A stretch of DNA of 64,000 nt from assembly GCF_009914755.1 (NCBI RefSeq), contig NC_060940.1. One strand, 5' to 3'. This document shows positions 47,532-61,744 of this stretch, piece by piece (the first letter of the stretch is position 1; each line of letters opens with the position of its first letter). The position numbers and the translations under genes are program-made. This stretch comes from the human T2T-CHM13v2.0 reference genome, Homo sapiens. The notes under the pieces were generated by a model. That model was given only the letters and a program-made list of their open reading frames with translations. It was not told where the DNA came from and searched no databases.

Positions 47532-47778
47532 AAAAGGATATATTTTCAAACCAGATGTTGAGGGGGTGTTATCTAATTTCAATATTCCTATTAGAAAAAT
47601 AATCGATAATGAAAAACATGGGGAGTGGCTATGGTATTACATAATGGCATATGTAGCCCTTAGAACAAAAATTTAATTTGCTCTTTTTTAAAAAACCCTC
47701 AAAAATAATAAAAATAATACAAATTAAAAGAGATAGAGAATAAATAAAACAGACCACAGAGAAAGACTACTTCATATA

Positions 47779-47880
47779 CCCAGGAGGTCGAGGCTGCAGT
47801 GAGCTGAGATCACACCACTACACTCCAGCCTAGGCAACAGAGTAAGACCCTGTCTCAAAAAAAAAAAAAAAAAAAAAAAA
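47779..47880 (+). mobile_element. 5'-truncated Alu
   Basis: 3' ~75 bp plus long A tail; TSD aaagactact(t)catat. Confidence 0.88.
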
Positions 47881-48816
47881 GACTACTCATATTAAAGAAT
47901 TGCATACATACATATGTAATATGAAACAATGACAGAGCCAAGGCCAAACATATTGGCTATACCAATACATTTAAATGGGCTTAATTTATGTGTTAAAATT
48001 TAAAAAAAAAAATTCAGATTGGCTAGCAAAGCAAAATCCCACACTATGCCATATTACTACTGTCGTACTACTATGCAGTAATCTCCTGAATGGCTTGTAA
48101 AATAAAAAAAGCAAAGTAGAAAAAAGTAAATATAGCAGATTACAATTTACCTAAGAAACAGAAGAATATAAATATGTATACTTATGTTTTTATGTTAAGA
48201 AAAACAATGGAAGGATGAAGCAAAACAAAAATTACTTTTAAATAGTTACTCATTAAGGTGGGGAGAGAACAGGATGGAGGAGACAGGAATTAAAATCTAG
48301 ACTTTTTTCAATATAGTACACCTTGTCTTTTAAATTTGACTTTGGAACTACGACAATATTTTAAATAATTACAGAACAGTTATATTTTTAAAAGTGATCT
48401 CTAAGAAATGAAAATAAAAGAAAACAAATGAACCCAATGTCTCCAACTGGGGGCATAAGCTCACAGACAGGGAATGTTCCAGAAGCTATCAGACTGTGCA
48501 CCCCTAGAGATACACTAAGGTGGAAAGAACTGCAAAAGACAAATCTTAAGCCATCCTCGATTATTAAATCGGTGGCGAATGCACTGGTTTTGTTATTCTG
48601 AGGCTGTGGGGTGTGTACCATGGGATAAAGCAACTGAATGATTATATGATATTCTATTTCTACCATCTCCAGTGTCATTGAGAACCAGGATTCTTGCTAT
48701 GAGAGAAAGAACGTATATATTTAGGACAAAAAAGATTAAGTAGAAAACCTATAGTCCTGATGTTGTATCAGAAATATCAGTTTGAACTCATGATGTATTT
48801 TCATCTGAAAGAAAAG

Positions 48817-48931
48817 AGAGGGGCATGGAGGGGAGGGGAGAGGAGAGAGGAAGGGAGGGGAGGGGAGGGAAGGGAAGGGGAGGGGAGGGGACGTGAGTGG
48901 AGGGTGGAGGGGAGGGGAGGGGAGGGGAGGA
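48817..48931 (+). repeat. G-rich purine tract (GGAGG/GGGGA)n
   Basis: Directly visible. Confidence 0.9.
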
Positions 48932-50008
48932 AGAACATTTTCTGAGCTCTGTCTGTTGTAAAGCTCAGAAACAATAACCAACCCAGTACAATGAGCACTC
49001 TAGCACCCAGAATGAGGTCTCGAAATGCCATTTTCCTTGAAAGGAACCAGAGCTCTTTGTAGAAGTGCTGATTCCAGGTCTGGGGAAGTGAATGTACAAG
49101 ATGAGCCTGGAACATCTTGTCATCTCAGAGGGCCAGTCAAAAGAATTCATCGGCCAACCTCAAGAGGTTCTGATTTGCAACACTGGGAGAACTGGAGCAT
49201 TAGTAAGGGTCAAAACTGTGACTGACTAAATCATATTATAGATTTCTCTATGTCATTATGTCCATAAGTCCATGATGATACTAAAACAAACTAACTGGCC
49301 ACTACTGTCCATTTTTAGGCAAGAATCAAACATAAATTCTGCTTTTCCTACACCAATTGCCAACCACATAGCAGACAAGTAAAAGTTTCTCTTTATAGAT
49401 ATATTCCAACTAATAAAAGAAAAAGGCATGCTAGAATTACAGTATCACCATATTGCAGTCTCTAATGAAATAATGGATCTAGGTTAAGCATTAACACAGC
49501 CAATAAATCACACACAAAAAGAGAGATACTAGATACTAGATGTGCTTCCTGATGGAAGAACACATCACCACCTGTGAAGCAGTCTTGCAGCCTCAAAACA
49601 TCAGTTCTTATTCTGATCAAGCTTCTAGCTTTAACAACAAGCTTATATGAAAAAGGAGGACAAAAGAATATATAAAACAACATGAGAGGTGGGGAGTGGA
49701 TACAATCAGTAAAGTTCAGACTGTAAGAAATGCTACAGGACGAATAACCTTGCTTCTTCAACAAACGAGGGGGTGAGGGCAGAAGAGAGACACACTGATA
49801 GATTAAGAGACACCACAGACATTTCAACAACCACCATGTGTGGCCCTTATATGAATCTTGACTTCAGTGGAAAAAGATAAACTCATGACATTTGTGAGAT
49901 AACTTGAAATTTTAACAGTCTATCAATAGTTTATCATTTTAAGATATTAATGATTTATTTTTTAGGAGCAATACTAATATTGTACCTATGTTTAAAAAAA
50001 TAATCTGT

Positions 50009-50328
<320 letters not shown>

Positions 50329-51081
50329 CTAAAATATGCTTCAAAATAAAAAGTGAGAGAGCAGGTGTTCGTAGAGATGAAACAGGACTGGCCACGATTA
50401 AGTGGCTGAAGGGGTTGGGGGTGAGTACAGACTTGTCACTATATTCTTCTTTATAGTGTGTGTGTCTTGGACATTTTTTTCCACAATAAAAAGTTCAACC
50501 AAACAAACAACATGAGTGCAACAGGTTCTCCCTCAGAGCATGGAGGAGACTGGCCACTGCCACAATCATGGTGTTGGCCTCTCTGGTTACACAATGCTTT
50601 ATCCTTTAATTCTCTAGTCTAGTTTCTCCAAATAGCTTCAGTAAGGTAAAAGATTTTTATCAGAACATCATTTTCACTTTCACTGCTTTTCAGCTCTATC
50701 AAGGGCTTCTGTAATGTACACTTTGGCAAACCTAAACATTCCCTTTTCTTTTTCATAAGAAAAACAAAGCAAAATAGAGTACTTGACAGACAACAGAGAA
50801 TTTCCCCTTCTTTTCCCTTTAGAATAATGAAGATGAGGCTCCAAACTCAACCTCTTGCAGCCGTTCTCTGAAAGTAAACCAGGGTTGCCAAAAAGTTCTA
50901 TGGCCTGCAGGTCCCTGCGTCACCCCATCCTCCAGCCCGGCAAATCTCTGACATGTGGTAAAGCCTGTGCAAAGTCACATGTCAGGAAATAAACACACAG
51001 AGCCACTCCACTGAACATCAGTTCACAGCCACAGGAACGCTTTTGCTTTCCATTTGGAATATTTGTTAAATATATGTAACG

Positions 51082-51380
51082 GGCCGGGCACGGTGGCTCA
51101 CGCCTGTAATCCCAGCACTTTGGGAGGCTGCGGCGGGCGGATCACCTGAGGTTGGGAGTTTGAGACCAGCCTGACCAACATGAAGAAATCCCATCTCTAC
51201 TAAAAATACAGAATTAGCAGGGTGTAGTGGTACATGCCTGTAATCCCAGCTACACGGGAGGGAGGCTGAGGCAGGAGAATTGCTTGAACCCGAGAAGTGG
51301 TGGTTGTGGTAAACCAAGATTGCGCCATTGCACTCCAGCCTGGGCAACAAGAGCCAAACTCCATCTCAAAAAAAAAAAAA
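51082..51380 (+). mobile_element. AluSp
   Basis: ctgaccaacatgaagaaa; TSD aaatayaygtaac. Confidence 0.9.
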
Positions 51381-51389
51381 TACACGTAA

Positions 51390-51696
51390 CCACCACCTAT
51401 TGACGTTTCAGTCAACAGTGGACCCCCTTATACATGGTGGTCCCATAAGATTATGATACTGTATCTTTTCTATGTTTAGATATACAAATACCATTGTATT
51501 ACAACTGCCTACTGTATTCAGTACAGTAACATGCTGTACAGGTGTGCAGCCTAGAAGCAACAGGCTACTCCTTGTAGTCTAGGACTGCAGTAGGCTGTAC
51601 CATATAGGTTTAAGTACACAACGATGTTCACACAACGAAAATGCCTAACAACACATTTCTCAGAAGGTGGCCCCTGTTACTAAGCTTATGACTGTA
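51390..51696 (-). mobile_element. Tigger3a/MER7-type element
   Basis: ggtcccataagattat...cagtaacatgctgtacagg...catttctcagaa...atgactgta. Confidence 0.75.
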
Positions 51697-51958
51697 TTAC
51701 TAAGGAGCTAAGTCAAAGGTAAAAATAGTCCAGCAGGTAAAAACAAGAAAAGCTCAAACACCAATACTACAGAGAGATCTTTAGCCACAAACATCATTTG
51801 CACATCAAGAACCAAACAGAATTGGGGTGCAGGTGAGGAGGTGGGCTGAGCTAAGGTAGAGCCTCTTCCCACTAGGAATGTAAAGGAGTATTAAAGGATA
51901 ATTAGAACTTTTTTTCCTAAATGCACAAATCTCAGGTGTCAGAAATAAGAGAGAAAAG

Positions 51959-52075
51959 AGCTGGGCATGGTGGTATACACCTGAAATCTAGCTACCTGGG
52001 AGGTTGACGCAGGAGAATGGCTTGAGTCCTGGAGTTTAAGGTCAGCATGGGCAGCACAGTGAGACTTGGTCTCTT
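51959..52075 (+). mobile_element. FLAM monomer
   Basis: Degenerate monomer. Confidence 0.72.
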
Positions 52076-52464
52076 AATAAGAGGGAAGCAGGAAGGGGAG
52101 AAATAAGAGAAAATGTAAAGCCAGGGCTTAAGAGAAAGAGTGGGCTGGGGCAGCCCTGGTGGAAAAAAGGGGAAAACAAGACCAGGTACAGGGGACAATA
52201 TCCAGAAGTCACAAAGACCCAGACATGGCCTCAGACCTGTGTGGCACAGGAAGCTGGAACAAGGTCCCTGCATCAAGATGGGCACACAGAAAGGCTGCCC
52301 CCTCCAAGTGAAGAAGGCAAGAACAACAACCAGCCCAGAGAAATGGCAACCAAAGCTCCCTGTCCATGGCCTGGGGTGGGGAGAGAAAGGTCTGTAAAGA
52401 GAAATCTCATCTCAAGCCTGCTCCACAAGTGGGTGCTAAGAAAAAGGAACAAAGAAAACACCTG

Positions 52465-52785
52465 GTAATACTAAAGATAAGTGGACCCAATTCACCATTT
52501 AAAAGACAGATTCTCAGACTAAAGAAAAGCAAATTTACATATAGATGCTCTTCACAAAAGACACATAAAAACCTACTCACAAAGCAACTCAGAAAGAAAT
52601 TCAGAAGTAAAAGGATGAAAAAGATGTATCAGGCAAATACTTAACAAAAAAGGAAAACCTTGACATAAAGTTATCGGACAAAAATGAGTTCAGGACAAAA
52701 AAACCCCAAACAACAAACCACTAATTAGAAAAACAGCATTAAACTATGCAAAGAAAAACTGACAGAATTATAAAGAAAAACTAAC

Positions 52786-52821
<36 letters not shown>

Positions 52822-53065
52822 TACATATACATATATATATCCCCCAATTATAAACTCGTGTCAAGCAAACAAAAATAATTAGTAAATATACAGAAGATTG
52901 GGACGTTTCTGACAAACCCTACACTTAACAGTTAGAAAATGTACTTTCAAACAAACGTGGCACATTTACAAAACCTGACTAGGCCATAAAGCAAGACTCA
53001 ACAGATAGCACACACTGTCTTAACCACATTCTCTAACACAATGCAATACAATCAGAAAATACAGT
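52465..53065 (+). mobile_element. Ancient L1 ORF2 endonuclease-domain fragment
   Basis: ORF 52366-52644 peptide GPNSPFKRQ...QKTH...KKMYQANT aligns by eye with L1 EN GLNSAIKRH...QETH...RKIYQANG. Confidence 0.7.
52789..52840 (+). repeat. (CA)n/(TA)n microsatellite
   Basis: Directly visible. Confidence 0.9.
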
Positions 53066-53371
53066 CAGGACAGGATGCAAATTAGAGCAATCTCTGCTTT
53101 CTGCCCCATTTCTCCGAACACAGTCAGAGAAGTCTATCCTCCTGCTGACCTAAAATTAATACTGTACATACGTAGAGATCAGATACAGAAAAGTCTAAAG
53201 ACTTATACAGAATATGAAATGATTATTACATTTAATGTCAAAGACAGAACAGCTAACCAAAGGAAAACAAAACCTGCCTGCCTCTTTGAGCCTCCCAGAA
53301 ATGACAGAAGGATTAGGGACATAAAGGGCTCAGTCATTCAGAGGACAGGGAGGTCCTTAAACAACCTAAGT

Positions 53372-53685
53372 ATAGTCACTTGTTGCCTAATGAAGGGGTA
53401 TGTTCTGAGGAATGCATTGCTGTGTGAACACCATAGGGAGCACTTATACTAGATGGTGTAGCCTACTACACGCCTGGGCTATACAGTATAGCCTATTGAT
53501 CCTAGGCTACAAACCTGCACAGCATGGTACTGAATACGGTAGGCAACTGTAACACAATGGTTAAGTATTTGTTTACCTAAACACAGAAAAGGTATAGTAA
53601 AAATATGGTATTACAATCTTATGGGGCCACTGTAGTATACGCAGTCCATAGTTGACTGAAATGTCATTATGTAGCATATGACTGT
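53372..53685 (+). mobile_element. Tigger3a/MER7-type element, opposite orientation to the 51390 copy
   Basis: gttctgaggaatgcatt...ctaggctacaaacctg...caatcttatggggccac...atgactgta. Confidence 0.78.
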
Positions 53686-55387
53686 AGTTGATTCTAACCT
53701 GTGATGTATTAAAATTCTCACTTTTCTTACCCTAAGACACTTAAAATATTTCATGGAGTGTTGTTTCCCCAAGACAGCTACCTGGTTATGACTTCTTTAT
53801 TTTGTTTGTTTTTTCTTATTAGTAAGCTCTCGAAGAACAGCCAAAGTGTGAAGGCAAACCAGTATGCCATCATACCCTTGGTCCATCACGGCGGTTTAGA
53901 TCATCAAGATTCATTACCAGGTACACCTTCCTGTCCAAACATGAATTATGAAAAAGATCTTTACTCCTAGGGGCAGCTGTTCACTGCTGCTGCTAAACTG
54001 CAGCATTAAGAGGGTTCGATTTATCAAGATAAGAACACAAAGATCAAGCTTGAACATAATCACTTTTCAAACTGCTTGCAAGCATTCGAAGTGGGGAAAG
54101 ACAAGGAGGGGAAAAGCTCCTTTAACTAAAATTAGAAACCTACTGATAATTTAAAGGAAACTCTTTACATTTACTTAAAATATGTTACTGAAGATATTTT
54201 ATCTCCACTAGAATATAATTTCCCAAACATTATTCAATTAAAATATCTCAGAAACAATATGAAAACTGAGTAATCAACTGCCTGTAAAAATTTCTCCAAG
54301 TAGTTAACATCAGCAAAATACAGCCATCAGTGCCACTCGGATCCTGCTTCATGGTTTCTATGTGTCTTTCCTTGTTCAGATCCACTAAATCTTTCTATTA
54401 CCAGGCAACACAGAATATCATACATATAAAATGAAACTCTTATTTCCTTTGTATATCAAGATGAATCTCTCTTTTAAATATTATAGTCCAACCCAGCATA
54501 TCTAATAGGGAGGAACGGGGATATAATTTCATGAGAAAAGAGAAGGATTTAAACAATGACAGATTTTAAAACAGTCTATAACAGAAACAACTACTACTAC
54601 TACGAAATATGAGGAGTGTTAAATTTCCTTGTTTCAGTTTGTCTGAAGTTATCCAGAATACTTACAGATAATCTTGCAATGGAATTTCAGTATGAAGATC
54701 TCTAAGAAAAAGATCCGGATTAAGTTCTTAAGCTAGTAAATGCGCCTCTCTACAGATGAGGAAGTAAATGCATCAAAGGATAAAGGCTGTTCCCCAAGAA
54801 ATGAAACAGATGACTCCCTCCCACCTGAAAGATAAGGATGTCTCTGGAAAACTCAGGATGCCTAGTTTGAAGTTGTCCAAGACTCATCAGTTTCCAGCAC
54901 TTAATACTGATGTGGTATTTTGTAACCCTCAATGCAGCGGTCACAGAAGGGACAACCCTTCTATGATGGCAAGGCAGGGAACCCAATTATTCCCAGACCA
55001 AGGTGGGGTGCACAAACATTCCATTCAAATGAAGGTCAGCACAGCAAGCAAACAGGGACCATGAATCAAGCTTCCAGGAGATGAGGGAAGGCAATGGCAT
55101 GGAGGCTGTGTGCTCTGCTGGGACACAGGACCCTTCCCTCAGCCTGTCCCTCCTGTTCATGGCACCCTCTCTTCATTATCACCTACCTGCAAAGGGGCCC
55201 TGCAAGCCTATGACAGAGCCGCTCAGTGAATCCAGAGATTCAGTTCACTCAACAGACCTAAAAAGCAACACTCTCCTTAATTGTAGGCTCCACCAGGAAA
55301 AGACTATACTGTTATTTGCACAGAGGTGAAAAGAAAGATTGCCTAATAGGAAGGACACTGAGTGTTCTCACCATGATTTCAACCAAA

Positions 55388-55669
<282 letters not shown>

Positions 55670-55738
55670 TATAACCAAATTTTCTACATGTTACTTTTCC
55701 CAAGAACTTGCCAAAAGAATTAAATAAATCATCCACTG

Positions 55739-56080
<342 letters not shown>

Positions 56081-56574
56081 TAAAGGGGCCAAGATGCAAG
56101 TTAATAAGCAGCTGAAATGAACAGGCTGGCAAAGTAAACCATACATCCCTGGTTTTCCCAAACCTCATCACACAAAGGAAAAGTCAAGGGTGTAATCCAC
56201 AATAAGGAGATTCATCTGCAGAAAATAAACTATCAAGAAAAGAAAAAAGCAACATCATCTTCAATTAAAGTCAAATTCAACAGTTGTAGCCATCCTATGT
56301 CTCCATTTACCTAACTATCCAGTACTTGGAGCCGTCCACGGTCACTGTGCCAGGGTTAAAGTTGGGCCAGGAGTGGCCGGGCCTCCCTGCAGCCAGCCCA
56401 TTTTTGTGGCATTTCTCTTGTCAGGCAAGAACCAGAATGACTCTCCTGAAGCTCTGAGGTGAGTACCTCTCCTTTAAAAGCAAATAAAAAGTAGACAGCC
56501 CAGAAATCCTCTTCCTAATGGCTTTGGGTCAAACACCCTGGTGAAGAAAGGAAGGCAGAGAACAACAAACACTC

Positions 56575-57645
56575 CAGTCTTGCAGCTATATTCTATAAAG
56601 TCTCCATTGTTAAATAAAATGTATAGAGGTCAATGGTTTGGACTGAGCTCCTGCACTAGGCCCAACAGACCTAACTGAAATGGAGTCACTCTTAAAGTTC
56701 CATGTCACCAAGCTGAAACTAATTTCTCTATATGACCTTGTGGGGAATCCAAATGAGAGTAAACAGCTGAATCTCCAAACAAGCCAGTTTTACCTGACGA
56801 CATGATAAATTGAGTTCCCTCTGCTTTAACCTTTACAAGGAAAGCAACTATGAAATGACCAATCTGCTTTTTGTTTTCTGTTTCTGCTTTCTTCAACCCT
56901 TCTCTATCTATAAAACCAACCTCCTCTGCCCAGCTCATTGGAACGCTCATTCTATTTTATGGAATGAGTTGTTGTCCCATTCCAGAACTGCAAATAAAGC
57001 CAATCAAGATTTTTAAACAAAATCTGTCATAATTTTTTTCTTTTTGACGTCATGAAAGCTGAATTAGCAAATGCTGAGTCATTGTTTCTAGGGAAATACA
57101 AGATTAGGGTCCTACAAACCTCTGATCACATGTTCATCAACCGATCAATATATTATCTTGTTTTATGTGTGTTTCTGTTTAAAGACATCTTAGTTAATAT
57201 ACTGTTGATTCATTAACACTGAACTCATGGCCAAGAGCACTTTAACTCATGTGTGAACAAAGCTCATCTAACACGTGTTTTCTCTGTAAGGCACCTCACA
57301 TCCTTCTTGCATTCAGGAACACTGGGTATCCCTCTAACACTATGCTTTGGGGTCATTTTCAACAGCAAAATCACTAATAAAAAGGACAAAAATTCAAAAC
57401 AAAAAACTGGCACTAAAAGCCTGTGAAAAGGAGCCGTGTTTACAGCCCAAGAGCAGAAACTGGAAGGCAGAGTGCAGTCTCCTTCAGCTTTGGCTGGGAG
57501 CACATGTTGGGCAATACAAAATTTTCCCAACCTGCATATCCCTGGGGATGACCACAAAAGCACGTGAAAACTGAATTGTGGGTTACAAAAAATTGAATAT
57601 CTGAATTCACAAATACAGAATCTGTGAATAATGAGGACTGACTGT
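56575..57645 (-). mobile_element. MER82 (TcMar-Tigger), split by the LTR
   Basis: ttctataaagtc resumes after the LTR as ctgaattagcaaa ... gaataatgaggactgactg terminus. Confidence 0.72.
56608..57049 (+). mobile_element. ERV1-class solo LTR (MER57/MER4-group-like), inserted in MER82
   Basis: Starts tgttaaa; contains ggactgagctcctgcactaggcc, tataaaa and aataaa; ends tttgac(g); imperfect 4-bp TSD ccat/tcat. Confidence 0.72.
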
Positions 57646-59994
57646 ATTTTTAAAACCATGCCCAAACCAGCTGCTCAAACTGAGTGTCAGAATAAATCCA
57701 TAGCCCTAATGAGTACAACTTCACCTTACAGCAAACTTCTCCTGTGCCTGTGGAATTCTCACATTCCTTATGAACCTACTCAAAAGTTAACCTCTGTAAC
57801 AGAAAGCTGCTCTAGTAACTACTGAAGTGGGACCCCCACAAGAGGCTCCAAAGGAGACCCCTGACTGCACTGATAAGAGATTAATTAGAACGGCAACCCA
57901 ACTGTAGGAAGCCATGGGAAAGAAAAGGAAAGACAACTAAAAATCATTCTGGCAGCAGGTTTTGTCTCTTGTTTAAAAGGTACAGACAGGTGAAGACCTG
58001 CAAGTCACTTAGGGCAACAAACATGGCCCTACCTGAGGGACATGCTGTCATTTTGCAAGCCGATCATACAAACACCAAGAGCTTCACACTCACACAGTCT
58101 CCATGATGCAGCAATACATCTTTTTTACAAACTTGACTCTGTGATATTTTATTGTCTGGATTTCTGAATAGACTGATGTGGGGGGGAAAGTGGACATTTA
58201 CCGAGCAGCTAATGCCAGGCACTATGTCGAGAACTTTACCTTCATAACCTCACTGAATTCTCCCCAGCCTGGTAAAATGAATTTTCTCTTCTCCACTTTA
58301 ACCTCTGGAGCTAAGGACTCAGGTTACATCAAACACCACCGATTTTATTTCCTTCAAGCGGCTAAAATAACTCGAGAGATTGTTTGGATATTTCAACTAG
58401 TTGAGTATTCAATTAATCACTTTAATTACTAATGATTACTTTATAAGTATTTCTTATAAACTGGATTCATGAGTTTTCCTCTAGGTAGAGATCTTTCCCT
58501 GCAAGAAACGAGAGAAAAAACATTTTCTCTTTACAGAAACTTCTCTCATCTCTAGTCATAATTCTTTAACTGTTTCATGGAAGACTGGACACAGATCAAG
58601 CAGCACTCAGCAGACATCTTCGCCCTGACTCCTATAAAAGTGTCACTTCACCGTGAGTGCAAAGGTGGCCCTGAGCGAGTGCCTAACCAAGGCCCCTCTG
58701 CCAGGCTTCTCCAGCTCCGGACTCTAAAGGCTTCCCCACAACTACAGGAGAGGTACGCTGTCGAATCCGAATGCTAAGTCTGTCCACATTACTTAGCATG
58801 AATAAGCATTTCAATGTTTTACTTGGCGTTGGAAAGGTAGATTGGTTGCCAGCACGACAGCACCACCTTCTGGTTGGTGAAAAGGAATTAAGATACAAAG
58901 TCACATCTGGAGCATTTCAAGTTTTGTAAGCCAGATGGATGGCAAAGTTGAAAATCTAGTTTCCATAAAATCCGAACAATGTCAGTAGCAATTAAACACC
59001 CTCACAGATCAGTAATGGAATAGTAACTGTAGGTCACTACTGGCTACTGCTCCACTTCTGGGCACACTGCAGCCACTTCCAGCCTCTCAGCCCTGACATT
59101 GAAGCCCACTGCGCCCTATGAAAGAAATTCCTTATCATGTCATCAGAGTCACATCCATCCCCCTGGCTGTGCAAAAAGGTTCTCTGCTGTTCACAAAGTC
59201 CAAATTTGATGGCCAGCAATAAAGTATCAGACACTGGCCCAACAACCACTCCCACTGGTACTCGTTGGCAGGTAGGGAGTATCGTCCTCTGATGGTTCTA
59301 ACGAGGACTATCATCCTCTTATGGAGCCCATGAGGACTCGGCATCCCCTTCCTGTTCCCCTCAAGCATGGGACTCCTTGGTAGACTGTGCTGGAGAAGGA
59401 TCTTGAGTGTGAGGTCCAAATGGGGCTTCCTCCTATAGGTGATACCATCCCTACAGAAATCCAGAAATCCAGACCACGAGACCCCATCATGACAGCTGCA
59501 AGAGGCCTCTGAACTCTAAACGATTCCTTAATCTCAGCTTCCAAAAGAGACCCCAGCAGCTGGTTTCCAGGCCTGCCTTCTTCAATGCAGTGGCCCCATC
59601 CACTTGTCAAATGGCCCTTGGGTGTCAGACTCTTCCTGATTCTGCTCATCAGGTAAGCTATTCATCCTGCTCCCTCAAGGAGAGCCAAGCAAGGTGGACA
59701 GAGAGAGGACTGTGCTTTAATCACGACATCCTTCTCTTGGTGAGCAGCACAGAAGTCTCCTCCAGACCTGTGGAGACCACAGGGTGAAGGAATGAGCATT
59801 TCTTCCTGAAGCTGTCCACAGGAATCCCAAGCCCCAGGCTACTCTAGAGAGAGGCAGCACCTGAGGAGGGAGAGCTCTGCCAGTTACCTCTGCTTCCCCC
59901 CAGCCCACCAACACCCGCCACAGTGCTTTGCACACCTGGAAAAGAGTAATTCTTCTTTAAATGAGGACTTTAATCTGTGTTTCTCCTGAAGTGC

Positions 59995-60245
59995 CTGAGT
60001 TCAAACTCTGTTTACCATAACCCTCAACAAGAAATCCATATGCATTATAACCCAGTACACACACATACATCTGTACGTACAGAACCCTGAAAAAAAGGTT
60101 ACATTAAAAAAAAAAAAACTATATTATATAAGACACACTGACATTTTCTAACTTCTTCCATTTTATTAAAAATGCTGGTCACCATTCATTCAAATGACTT
60201 CACAACCCAGTGAGGGAGTGCAACCCTCACTGGGTGAACACTGTC
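59995..60245 (-). mobile_element. hAT-Charlie relic (Charlie4-like)
   Basis: aaatgctggtcac...ttcacaaccca...aacactg end. Confidence 0.45.
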
Positions 60246-60506
60246 GTAAACTTCCGCCTTCGTTCATCACTCTGTTGGGTGCCATGCTCCTCTCTCTTCT
60301 CGGCTATCCCAGAATTGGCCCCTTCCCAAGGACTGTACCAGGGCATCTCCTCAAAGCCCTCTCCAGCTCTGTGCCAGCACCATTCCAAATGCCAAGGATG
60401 TAGAATAATGACTAAGATGTAGCCCCCATGCAGAGAAGCCAAGTCTACTGGGTGGGACAGACTGACATTGCCTCTTCCTCTGAAGACAAAAACACTTGTT
60501 ATCTGT

Positions 60507-60577
60507 ATTCATTCATTCATGCATGCATTCATTCATTCATCCATCCATCCATCCATCCATCCATCCATCCATCCATC
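60507..60577 (+). repeat. (CATT)n/(CATC)n microsatellite
   Basis: Directly visible. Confidence 0.9.
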
Positions 60578-60638
60578 CCCCACCTTGACTCACTCCCACA
60601 TCATTGTGGAAACAACAGCTTACATTTGTCAAAAGGCA

Positions 60639-60944
60639 GGCCAGGCGTGGTGTCTCATGCCTGTAATCCCAGCACTTTGGGAGGCTGAAGCAGGCAGATC
60701 ACTTGGAGTTTGAGAACAGCCTGTCCAACAGAGTGAAACCCCATCTATATCAAAAAATACAAAAATTAGCCAGGCGTTGTGGTTAGTGCCTGTAGTCCTA
60801 GCTACTCAGCAGGCTGAGGCAGGAGAATTGCTAGAACCCAGAACGCAGAGGTTGCAGGGAGGCAGAAGTTGCAGTGAGGTGAGATCACACCACCGCACTC
60901 CAGCCTGAGTGACAGCACAAGACTCCATCTCAAAAAAAAAAAAA
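60639..60944 (+). mobile_element. AluS with short internal duplication
   Basis: Alu dimer; gcagaggttgcag repeated near 60845-60875. Confidence 0.9.
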
Positions 60945-61425
60945 CAGATGAATCCATCTAATAGGGTTTCCTTTTTCACAATCTGTTTGTCAAGGGATAA
61001 TTTTCATGAACTCTAAATTAGGAACTAAAGTGCACTGTCACTGATTCTTGGAAGCCAATGGCCCATTTATTACCCTATGTAGCATTTATAGATGTGGCAG
61101 GTTCCCAGATAAATTCAATTTGGCCTCAGCCTCTTAGAAAAGGCTGTGAACTAGAGTACATGCAAAGACTAACCTTCTACCATGCTTAAAAATACATAGA
61201 AACTGTTTGGGTACGTCCGTCAATTTCATCTACTTTTGACTTTGTGCTACCATGCCATCCTACACACATGGGAAAGAGTGCCATGAGGGTGCCCCCCCAG
61301 ACAACAACCATGCTTTCCAAGGGCAGCTCTATTTGGTTGACCAACTTCGTACTCAATACTTGGAAATTCTTTCAAAAACCCCAGACTTCTCAATGAAAAC
61401 TGGTTAGATGTAATATTTTATTTTA

Positions 61426-61655
<230 letters not shown>

Positions 61656-61744
61656 ATATAAAACTTGCTTTAACCAAGAATAAATAAATCCCCCCAACCA
61701 ACATGACAGCAAAGTTTATACAAGGCACAAGATTCAAACTCTGA

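Noticed and set aside
59037-59790. Cluster of overlapping ORFs in unique sequence, possibly a pseudogene
   Set aside because: No recognisable protein, poly(A) or TSD. The ctgggcacactgc match to the 17140 element is only about 14 bp and may be chance.
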